Below are positions 29,250 to 36,952 of a stretch of DNA of 64,000 bases, piece by piece. Numbering within the stretch: the first letter of the stretch is position 1; every line of letters begins with the position of its first letter. This DNA is from Pseudomonadota bacterium (GTDB lineage: Bacteria > Chloroflexota > UBA6077 > JAJPGT01). The stretch is taken from assembly GCA_021325655.1 (NCBI GenBank), contig JAJPGT010000043.1, positions 207,959 through 271,958 of the forward strand. Direction: 5' to 3'. A model generated the notes under the pieces. That model worked only from the letters and a program-made list of their open reading frames with translations, was not told the origin of the DNA and did not search any database. Made by a program: the position numbers and the translations under genes.

Positions 29250-31340
29250 TCAGCGCGCCGGGACAGTGCCTTCAGCTATCGCTCGCAGTGCCTGTTCGCC
29301 GGCGGGGGTCGTGATCACCATCAGCAGATCGCCCGCTTCCAGCCGGGTGCTCGCCCGCGGAAAGACTGCCTCGCCATCGCGGGTGATCGCCACCACCAGC
29401 GTGTCCCTGGGCAGCCCGGCTTCCTGTAGCGTCCGGCCGGCCAGCGGTGAGGCGGACGGGAGAAGCACTTCGAGCAGGGTGGTGCCTTCCGGCAGCGCGC
29501 GCGCCCGGCGGATGCCGCGGCCGAGCGCGCGCTTGTAGGTGGCGATTACGTCGCGCCCGCTCAGCCCGCCCACCTGCCTTCTTCCTTCTACCACCGGGGC
29601 CCAGCGCAGCCCGTGCTCCACCAGGTACTCCTGAGCGGTGTCCAGCGTCTGCTCCGGCGCCAGAGGCGAGATGAACGAGCCGGCCAGCGCCTGCACGGTC
29701 TGGCTCGACCGCTGGGTTGGCGGAATCTGCCCAAGCGCCGCGGGGGTCAGCACGCCGACCACCGCGCCGTGCTCGCCGATAACCACTGCGCTGCCCTGGC
29801 TTGTCAGCAGGTTCGCCGCTTCCGGAAGCGGCGTCTCCAGGCGCAGCGCTGTCCCTGGCGGCCCCATCGCGTCGCGGACCTGGAGTGCAGACAGCAGTGG
29901 GAAGCTGAAGCGCAGCCGGTGCGCCGGGGAGCTGGCCCGATTGGAGAGCTGGCTGCGGTAGATGGTGGTGTCGCCGACGAGTGCCGTCGAAACCGCCACC
30001 GCGATCATCGCCGGCGCAAGCAGCGACAGGTTGCCGGTCATCTCAGCAACCATCAACATCACTGCCAGGGGCGCATGCGCGATCCCGCCGAACAGCGCCA
30101 TCATCCCGACGATGACAAATGGCGCCGGGCTGGCCGGCAGGTTGGGCAGCACCCCGTAGCCCAGACGCCAGAACGAGGCCCCAAGCATCCCCCCGATCAC
30201 CATCCCCGGGCCGAAGATGCCGCCCGAGCCCCCGGAGCCGATCGAGAGCGAGGTGGCCAGGATCTTGGCGAACGGGAGTGCCACGACCATCCAGAGCGGG
30301 AGATCGAGCAGCTCCCGGCTCATCCCGAGCTGCACCCAGCCGTAGCCCATGTGCAGCGTCCCCGGAATCAGAAGGCCCAGCGCTCCAACCAGTAGCCCAC
30401 CCAGGGCCGGCTTCAGCCAGGCCGGCAGCGCCAGATGGTGGAACAGGCGGCCCACGGCGGAGAAGCAGCGCGCGTAGAGCATACCAACCAGGCCGGAGAC
30501 GACGCCGAGCGCGGCATAGTACAGCAGTTGAACCGGCGAATCGAGCCCGAGGTCGGGCTGAGCGCCGAAGATGGGCACAAAGCCAAAATAGGCGCCATAA
30601 ACGCTGTAACCGACGATCGAGGCGATAAGCGCCGGGATAATCGCTTCGACCTCCAGGTCGTGCAGGTACAGGATCTCCGCGGCCATCACCGCCCCGCCCA
30701 GCGGTGCCCGGAAGATTGCGCCGATGCCCGCGCCCATGCCGGCCGCCACTGCGATCCGGCGATCCTGCGTTCCCAGTTGGAGCCAGTCGGCCAGCAGCGA
30801 GCCAAAGCCGGCCGAGATCTGCGCCGACGGTCCCTCACGGCCGCCAGAGCCGCCGGAGCCGATCGTAATGGCTGAAGCGATCAGCTTGATCGGGGGAATG
30901 CGGGCGCGGATCTGCCCGCGCCGGTGGTGAATCGCGGCGATCGCCGCGTCCGTCCCGTGGCCTTCGGCCTCCGGGGCGAGGGTGAAGACGATCAGGCCCG
31001 AGATCAGCCCGCCGAGCGCAACCACCAGCGGCAGCAGCCAGGGGCGGGCGATCGGGATGAGCGCGGGTGTCCCTTCGCCAACCGGCGCGGGCGGTAGGTA
31101 GCCGACCAGACGGCCGAGGCAGAGCTGCGTTGCCAGCCCGATGGCGGTAGAGAACGCGATCGCCCCAACGCCCGCCACCAGGCCAATAAGCGTACCCAGC
31201 AGGAGCCACTTGGTCAGGTAGCGGGTGCTTTCGAACCCCGTGCCGGTCAGCAGCGGCCCACCTGGCCAGCGCAGCCAGCCGAGTCCAGGTCGGCGGTTGG
31301 CGCGGCTGCCCCATGGTAGCCACTCCGAGAGACGGGGCAT
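29250..31340 (-). CDS. ClC-family chloride channel/antiporter with CBS pair and TrkA-C domain
   Basis: ClC motifs GSGGSGGREGP, GIFGPG and GGIAHAPL. C-terminal CBS-like repeats and an RCK-C-like segment (LVVAITRDGEAVFPRASTRLEAGDLLMVI). Start placed at ATG 31340. Confidence 0.9.
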   Translation of the reverse strand: MPRLSEWLPWGSRANRRPGLGWLRWPGGPLLTGTGFESTRYLTKWLLLGTLIGLVAGVGAIAFSTAIGLATQLCLGRLVGYLPPAPVGEGTPALIPIARPWLLPLVVALGGLISGLIVFTLAPEAEGHGTDAAIAAIHHRRGQIRARIPPIKLIASAITIGSGGSGGREGPSAQISAGFGSLLADWLQLGTQDRRIAVAAGMGAGIGAIFRAPLGGAVMAAEILYLHDLEVEAIIPALIASIVGYSVYGAYFGFVPIFGAQPDLGLDSPVQLLYYAALGVVSGLVGMLYARCFSAVGRLFHHLALPAWLKPALGGLLVGALGLLIPGTLHMGYGWVQLGMSRELLDLPLWMVVALPFAKILATSLSIGSGGSGGIFGPGMVIGGMLGASFWRLGYGVLPNLPASPAPFVIVGMMALFGGIAHAPLAVMLMVAEMTGNLSLLAPAMIAVAVSTALVGDTTIYRSQLSNRASSPAHRLRFSFPLLSALQVRDAMGPPGTALRLETPLPEAANLLTSQGSAVVIGEHGAVVGVLTPAALGQIPPTQRSSQTVQALAGSFISPLAPEQTLDTAQEYLVEHGLRWAPVVEGRRQVGGLSGRDVIATYKRALGRGIRRARALPEGTTLLEVLLPSASPLAGRTLQEAGLPRDTLVVAITRDGEAVFPRASTRLEAGDLLMVITTPAGEQALRAIAEGTVPAR

Positions 31341-31557
31341 GTCTCCCTTTCCCACGTCATGCAGGATCCGCGCAAGAGGGTACCAGGATTGCACCCACCT
31401 GGGGACCGCGCCCTGGTCCCGCCGAACCGCGAGCTTGCCTCACCTCGTCGCCAGGCGCATGATCGGGCCGTTGCACGGGCCCGCGAAATCCTCCCATTCT
31501 CCGAGCGCCGCTCCCCGGGGCTGCTACACTCCTCCCGGAAGGAGTCGCCGCCTGCCG

Positions 31558-32025
31558 ATGTCATCCAGCCGCCTGATCTGCGACGCCTGCGGGCTCCGTT
31601 TCGACGAGCCCCTGGCCGGCAGCGCCGTCTGCCCGGAGTGCGGCGGCCGAGTGCGCGAGATGGCGCGTCTGGAGCGCCTGCTCGATCGCTGGGTGGCGCC
31701 ACCGCCGCAGGTCGCCTCGGCCATGTACCGGCGCCACCGGCAGCTCGTGGAGCTGCTCTGGACGGCGGACGGTCGCGGCCGACAGCTCTACGAGCTGGCC
31801 CAGCCCAGGCGGGTGTCGTACGACCGCTTCGTCGACCGCGTCACCGACATCATCTGCCATGGCCTGGCGGAGGGCTGGATCGTGGCCCACCTTCCCAGCG
31901 CCCCCGTCCCCGACGACCGCGCCTACAGCCTGGAGTTCCTCGACCCCGACCGCTTCGCGGCCGCAGTGCTGGAGGCGTTCCAGCCCCCGGATGGCTCACA
32001 CAGCCCGAACGGAACCTCCAGCTAG
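31558..32025 (+). CDS. Hypothetical protein with N-terminal CxxC...CxxC zinc ribbon (155 aa)
   Basis: GGAAGGAG RBS then ATG 31558. MSSSRLICDACGLRFDEPLAGSAVCPECGG. I recognise no family. Confidence 0.55.
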   Translation: MSSSRLICDACGLRFDEPLAGSAVCPECGGRVREMARLERLLDRWVAPPPQVASAMYRRHRQLVELLWTADGRGRQLYELAQPRRVSYDRFVDRVTDIICHGLAEGWIVAHLPSAPVPDDRAYSLEFLDPDRFAAAVLEAFQPPDGSHSPNGTSS

Positions 32026-32336
32026 CCTCGACTGCTTTCCAGGCGCGGGGCGTGGGAGCGAGGCCTGAACATTCCAGCCGCCGTCCCGCGTCGCCTCAAT
32101 ACAGCGCCGACAGCGCCGCTGACCCAGCCTTCGCCAGGTAAGGTCCTTTCGTCGTTGGCGGGTCGTGGAAGAGTGCGTCCAGGGCCAACTCCGGTCCTCG
32201 CGCCGCCTGGCGGCGGCTCGGACCTCCCGCTCTCGGAACAACGCAGAGCCCCTTCCGCGGCCAGCCAGCGTGACCACGTCCGTGGGGCTCGGCCATGGCA
32301 GGCAAGCGCTAGCCCGGAGGATTGGGCATGCTGTCG

Positions 32337-32368
32337 CCCGCACTCGGGCGGCGCCGCCCGAGTGCGGG
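32337..32368. terminator. Perfect 15-bp-arm hairpin between convergent genes
   Basis: CCCGCACTCGGGCGG-CG-CCGCCCGAGTGCGGG, 17 bp downstream of the permease stop. Confidence 0.55.
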
Positions 32369-32384
32369 GACGTGAACCTGGCTG

Positions 32385-33833
32385 CTAGAGCCCGAAGCGC
32401 TCCATCTCCGTGCGCAGTCGCTCCAGCGTCTCCGGGCGGCGGATGCGCAGGTAGACGTAGAACGCCAGCCCGATCAGGAACCAGGCCAGCACGATCCAGG
32501 GGCCGTAACTGAACGGCGGATCGGGGTTGTACACGATGGAGGCCCAGATTGGGAGCAGCAGCAGGATCGATGCGACCAGCGGAATGGCCCCGTGCTTGAG
32601 CCAGTTGAACTCCTCAGGGAAGCGGCGCGAGTAGACGGTGAAGACGGCGACGTTCGACATGATGTAGATGACACAGAGCGCGAAGGTGAACAGCAGCCCG
32701 GCCATGCCGAAGGCGTTGTCCTTGCCGAACACGTAGCCGAGGACGAGCCCGGCGAGGATCGTGATGCCCGCCTCGAGGTAGATCGCGGCGCGCGGCGTCT
32801 GGCTCCCGGGGTGGACTGTGCCAATCACCTTTGGGAAGATACCCGCCCGGCCCAGCGCATAGTACACGCGCGTGGTCGCGTTGGACCCGGCGATAGAGCA
32901 GGCCAGCGAGCTGTTGAGAATCGCCAGGAATACCAGCCAGGGTCCAAGCGTGCCGAACGCCCGGGTGGCCAACGTCGAGCCATAGGGATCCGCGGCGCCG
33001 CTGAAGTCCTGGGCGAACTTGGCCGGATCGTGCGTGCCGCCGAACCCGACCGCGGTGGCGTACCCGAGGAAGACGTAGAAGATCCCGATGAGCAGCGTCG
33101 AGAGCACGACCGAGAACGTCAGCGCCTTGCCCGCCTCCCGTGTCTCCTCCGCCAGCGGAATCCCGCTTTCGAAGCCGGTGAACGAGAGCAGAGCGAAGAT
33201 CATCGCGAAGATCACGCCGCCCCAGCCGTTCGGCGAGGAGGCCGGGGTAAAGGTGCTCAGATCCTGGCCATCCGGTGCGTTGGCCACAAGCAGGATGCCC
33301 AGCAGCAGCATGATCAGCACTTCCAGCGCCCCGAGGGCAATCGTCCAGTCGGACGAGATCCGCACCCCGCGGGCAGTCAGATAGGTTAGCACGATGGTGC
33401 CGACGACCAGGGTGAGCTGCCAGGGGATCGTAAAGCCGAAGTGCGCGGCGCTGAACGGCTCCAGCACGATCCCGCCGAACGCCAGATACAGCGCGGCGGG
33501 GACGAGCGGATCGTACAGGAAGTACAGCCAGCTCGTGACGAAGCCGACGCCATGGCCGAGCGCAATGCTGTGGATCGTGAAATAGCCGCCCGCGCTGTGG
33601 ATCTTGGCAACGAGCACCCGCAGGCAGTACGCCGCAAGCAGCGCTGCCACAGTGGCGAGCGCCCAGGCCAGAGGGTGGGAGGCGCCACCCTGCGTCGCCA
33701 TGTACTGCGCGCTGAAGATCACCCCAGCCGCCGGGGCCATGTGGGTGATCGCCTGAAAGAGCTGATTGACCAGCCCCAGGGCGTTGGCATCGAGTCTCGC
33801 TTCACCGGCCGCTCGAGCCTCCGCGTGTGCCAT
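32385..33833 (-). CDS. Amino acid/polyamine/organocation (APC) family permease
   Basis: 482 aa, about 12 TM helices, APC-type pattern (FTGFESGIPLAEETREAGK). Confidence 0.85.
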   Translation of the reverse strand: MAHAEARAAGEARLDANALGLVNQLFQAITHMAPAAGVIFSAQYMATQGGASHPLAWALATVAALLAAYCLRVLVAKIHSAGGYFTIHSIALGHGVGFVTSWLYFLYDPLVPAALYLAFGGIVLEPFSAAHFGFTIPWQLTLVVGTIVLTYLTARGVRISSDWTIALGALEVLIMLLLGILLVANAPDGQDLSTFTPASSPNGWGGVIFAMIFALLSFTGFESGIPLAEETREAGKALTFSVVLSTLLIGIFYVFLGYATAVGFGGTHDPAKFAQDFSGAADPYGSTLATRAFGTLGPWLVFLAILNSSLACSIAGSNATTRVYYALGRAGIFPKVIGTVHPGSQTPRAAIYLEAGITILAGLVLGYVFGKDNAFGMAGLLFTFALCVIYIMSNVAVFTVYSRRFPEEFNWLKHGAIPLVASILLLLPIWASIVYNPDPPFSYGPWIVLAWFLIGLAFYVYLRIRRPETLERLRTEMERFGL

Positions 33834-34050
33834 CCGTTCCTCCCCATATCATGCTACGGTGATGCAGCCCGAATCCGCTGTTCCAAACACCTGGAATCCC
33901 AGCCTCGCCTGGCAGATCGCGGGTCAGTATGGCCCGCCCGGGCAACGCGCTCTGCACCTCCCTCCCACCCGCAGCCGGGGCCGCGGACCTTTATGACGGG
34001 GTGAGCCTACTCTCACCCTGGAAGCATGTCAACGATCGACAATCCCGAGT

Positions 34051-34077
34051 ACTGCGCGAGCGCAGCGCTCGCGCAGT
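34051..34077. promoter_or_regulatory. 27-nt perfect palindrome (unknown operator or hairpin)
   Basis: ACTGCGCGAGCGC-A-GCGCTCGCGCAGT, lying over the expected -35 position of the Rad52-like gene promoter. Confidence 0.4.
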
Positions 34078-34092
34078 GACTGCGCTATAATT

Positions 34093-34106
34093 AGAACATC
34101 TGTTCT
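34093..34106. promoter_or_regulatory. LexA (SOS) operator candidate, AGAACATCTGTTCT
   Basis: Perfect GAAC-N4-GTTC palindrome starting 1 nt after a TATAAT (34086-34091) and 54 nt before the Rad52-like start codon. Confidence 0.65.
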
Positions 34107-34159
34107 AGTCAGCGGTTGTCTGGCCGCTGGCGGGGGCGGCCCAATAAGGAGGAGCAGCA

Positions 34160-34945
34160 GTGGACGCAGCAGTTGTAGTAAAGGATGAGGTGGTGGCCCC
34201 TGAGCAGCAGCGGAGCGGCGCGGGCCGTTCGCTCCAGCCGCCCGAGCGGCGCTCGGTGAAGCGCGCGGAGGCGCAGGAGCCGGCCGCGGAGTTCGCTGAT
34301 CTGTACCAGCGCCTGGCGGCGCCGTTCGATTCCACCTTCAAGGATATCCGCGGCGGGGTAGAGCTGGAGTACATCACCGGCGAGCAGTGCGTCTCACGCC
34401 TGAACGAGGTGCTCGGCGTTGCCGGCTGGTCTTTCCGGATCCTGGAACACGGGATTCACGCCGAAGCCGACGAAGCCTGGGTTCTGGGCGAGCTCACCGC
34501 GAGCTTCGGCGGCGCCCTGGTCACGCGGCAGCAGTTCGGGAGCCAGAAGATCAAGCGGTCGCGCAGCAGCGGCACCCCGCTGGACATCGGGTTCGACCTG
34601 AAGGGCGCGGCGACGGACGCGCTCAAGAAGTGCGCCTCGCTGCTGGGCGTGGGGTTGTACCTGTCGCGCAAGGAGGCGCCCGAGGCGGCGAACGGCGCGA
34701 CCAACGGCCACGCTCATGGCCAGGCCAATGGCGTCACGGCGGCCGAGCCGGAGCGGCTGGTCTGCGACGTGTGCGGCGAGGAGCTGCGTGAGACCCGCTT
34801 CCGCGATGGCACCGTCTGGACCCCGCTGCAGCTCGCTGGCTACGGCCGGCGCAAGCACAGCCGGACGCTGTGCATGACCCATTACCGCGAAGCCAACGAC
34901 GCCCGCAGGCGTGCCGAGGTGACGCTGGAGGAGATGCCCTTCTAA
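34160..34945 (+). CDS. Rad52/Rad22-superfamily single-strand annealing protein (DdrA/Sak-like) with C-terminal zinc-ribbon-like extension
   Basis: AAGGAGG RBS then GTG 34160. [41 protein letters not shown] and [21 protein letters not shown] match the two signature blocks of the Rad52 annealing domain. C-terminus reads CDVCGEEL...LCMTHY. Confidence 0.75.
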   Translation: [261 protein letters not shown]

Positions 34946-35193
34946 GGGTGTGATTTCAGCGCGGGCAGCCGGGCGAAGCTGCATGTCGCCTGTCTGCCCG
35001 CGCCTGTTCAGCACCGGGGCTGGGGCAGCTTTCCACGCAGCAGGCGCATCCGCTCCGGGTTCCTCGTGCCACCACTGGCGATCAGGGCCGGGACGTCGCC
35101 GAGATTCGGAAGGTGGTCGCTGGGGAATCCCGCATCCCGGGCGGCCCTCTTGTCGCCCACGGGACGCTCCACTACGCTTGAGTGGGGGCTGCC

Positions 35194-35442
35194 ATGGACG
35201 ACGCGGCAATCAAGGCGTTTGTGTTGGAGAAGCTCGGCCGCTGGAAGCGGCTGACGCTGAGTGACCTGAGCACCATGCTCCCGCCCGTCGACCGGCCGCG
35301 CCTGCGCCGGTCGCTGCTGGACGAGCTGGCTGGCGAGGGGCGGGTCACGGTGCGCTGGCTGGGCGACGAGCCCGTCGTCGCCTTGCTGGAGGGCTCCGGC
35401 GAGGCGCCGCGCACAGCCAGCCTGACCGAGGAGGTCCAATGA
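35194..35442 (+). CDS. Hypothetical small protein (82 aa), winged-helix-like
   Basis: ATG 35194. IKAFVLEKLGRWKRLTLSDLSTML...LLDELAGEGRVTVRW resembles a wHTH. ATGA overlap with the next ORF. Confidence 0.5.
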   Translation: MDDAAIKAFVLEKLGRWKRLTLSDLSTMLPPVDRPRLRRSLLDELAGEGRVTVRWLGDEPVVALLEGSGEAPRTASLTEEVQ

Positions 35443-35717
35443 CGCCGCTCGGGGGGGACGTCCAGGGCCGCGTCGACGCACTGATTCGTGACCTCGCCAC
35501 CGGCCTCGCCCCGGCAGAGGAGACGTACCTGCTGGCGGTTCTGGCGAACCGGGCAGCGAGCGAACTGCACCGGGTGGCGCGCGCCGAGGCGAGTGCGCGC
35601 AAGGGCGCCGACGACTGGGGGAACTGGGCCGCGCTGCAGAACGCTGCGCGCACGCTGGTGCTGCAATCCAGCACCTGCCGCGACTACGCCGCCCGAGTGA
35701 GCAGCCGCCCCCGCTGA
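35439..35717 (+). CDS. Hypothetical small protein (92 aa), predicted all-helical
   Basis: Start overlaps the preceding stop (ATGA). I recognise no family. Confidence 0.45.
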   Translation: MTPLGGDVQGRVDALIRDLATGLAPAEETYLLAVLANRAASELHRVARAEASARKGADDWGNWAALQNAARTLVLQSSTCRDYAARVSSRPR

Positions 35718-36147
35718 CGCCTCAAGGGCACAGCTCCCCGGGCATGATGAGCCGCACCTCGTATGGCGTGCCCGTCAGCTCCTCGATCGCCTCCTCCAGC
35801 AGCACCTGCCGGTATCGTACCCGGGCTCAGGTGTGGCGCTCGCGCAGCGGCGCATCCACCTCCACCACGTGGTCCTGGACCCGGCGCGGCCAGCACCAGC
35901 GCGCCCAGGCGCCGTGCACCGGGTCGCGGGCGGAGACAGAGGCGGCGACCTGCTCCCAGTGCTCGCGGAGCAGATCCAGGGTGGAGGCAGCAGCGGTCAC
36001 CAGCGGCATTCCCGAAAGCACCAGGCCTTCGACACCAGAGTGTACGCGCTGGGGCACCCGAACGTCCGCGAGCGAAGCAACAGCCGTGGGCAGAGTGGCG
36101 GCGACAAGACGACCATCTGGCTCGATGAATCAGCAGGGATGGCGGCG

Positions 36148-36909
36148 TCAGCGCTCCGCGCTCGAGGCGCCCTGGCCCGACAGCGCCGCGAGGTCCGTGG
36201 CGTGCACAGGATGCGCCTGGTCGAGCACGTACCAGGTGGCGACGCCGCCCAGGAGGCGCGGGACGGTCTCGGCGAGCGCCTGGCAGGCGCGCTCCACCTG
36301 CTCGGGTGTCGTCGGTGGCAGGCCGTGGACGTTGAGCACCACCGCGCGGGTGGCCGGGGTGATCTTCGTCCGTTCCCCCTGACGCCAGCACCAGCGCCGG
36401 CAGAGAACGGTCACCTCGTCAGCGTAGATCACCTCGCCGGGCTCGGGCGGGTCCGGCTCGCGCTCCCCCAGCGGCAGGTAGTCCTCGTCGCCACGGGCGA
36501 AACGAAGCGCGGTCCCACCTGTTACCAGGTCCAGGTCGTCGCCGCCAATAGGGAGCAGGAGCTCCAGCGAGACAGCGTTGTAGAGGTCCACCAGCGCATT
36601 GATTGCCGGTAGCTCGTCGCCGCGCCGCACCCGGCGCACCAGCGCTTCGATGGATGACTGGTACTTGCTCGGGCGGGCACCGAACTGGCTGAACGCGGCG
36701 CGCCAGGCGGCGATGGCCGGGTGGGCGACGACGTCACCGCTGCCGAAGCTGGCCCGCAGCGTCGCCTCGGCGGCCCGCTGCCGGGCCCGGATCTCGGGAG
36801 GAGCAGCGCTGTTGTCGACGCCGAGGGCGATCACCTTGCCCCAGCGGTAGCCGGGGAAGCGGGCAAAGATCGCGGGGGCGATCTGGTCCTGGAAGCTGTG
36901 GGTGGGCAC
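36148..36909 (-). CDS. B3/B4 tRNA-binding-domain protein (PheT-beta related)
   Basis: RPSKYQSSIEALVRRVRRGDELPAINALVDLYNAVSLELLLPIGGDDLD is typical of the B3_4 domain. Start is GTG 36909 or GTG 36933. Confidence 0.75.
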   Translation of the reverse strand: MPTHSFQDQIAPAIFARFPGYRWGKVIALGVDNSAAPPEIRARQRAAEATLRASFGSGDVVAHPAIAAWRAAFSQFGARPSKYQSSIEALVRRVRRGDELPAINALVDLYNAVSLELLLPIGGDDLDLVTGGTALRFARGDEDYLPLGEREPDPPEPGEVIYADEVTVLCRRWCWRQGERTKITPATRAVVLNVHGLPPTTPEQVERACQALAETVPRLLGGVATWYVLDQAHPVHATDLAALSGQGASSAER

Positions 36910-36952
36910 GCCGCCTATAATGGCTGGCCGCACTCGCGGCCAGCAAGGACCA

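Noticed and set aside
35538-35549. GTTC-N4-GAAC inside the 92-aa ORF. Similar reversed arrangements occur elsewhere, e.g. at 28369-28384.
   Set aside because: The half-site order is reversed relative to the LexA box, and the sites are located inside coding sequence.
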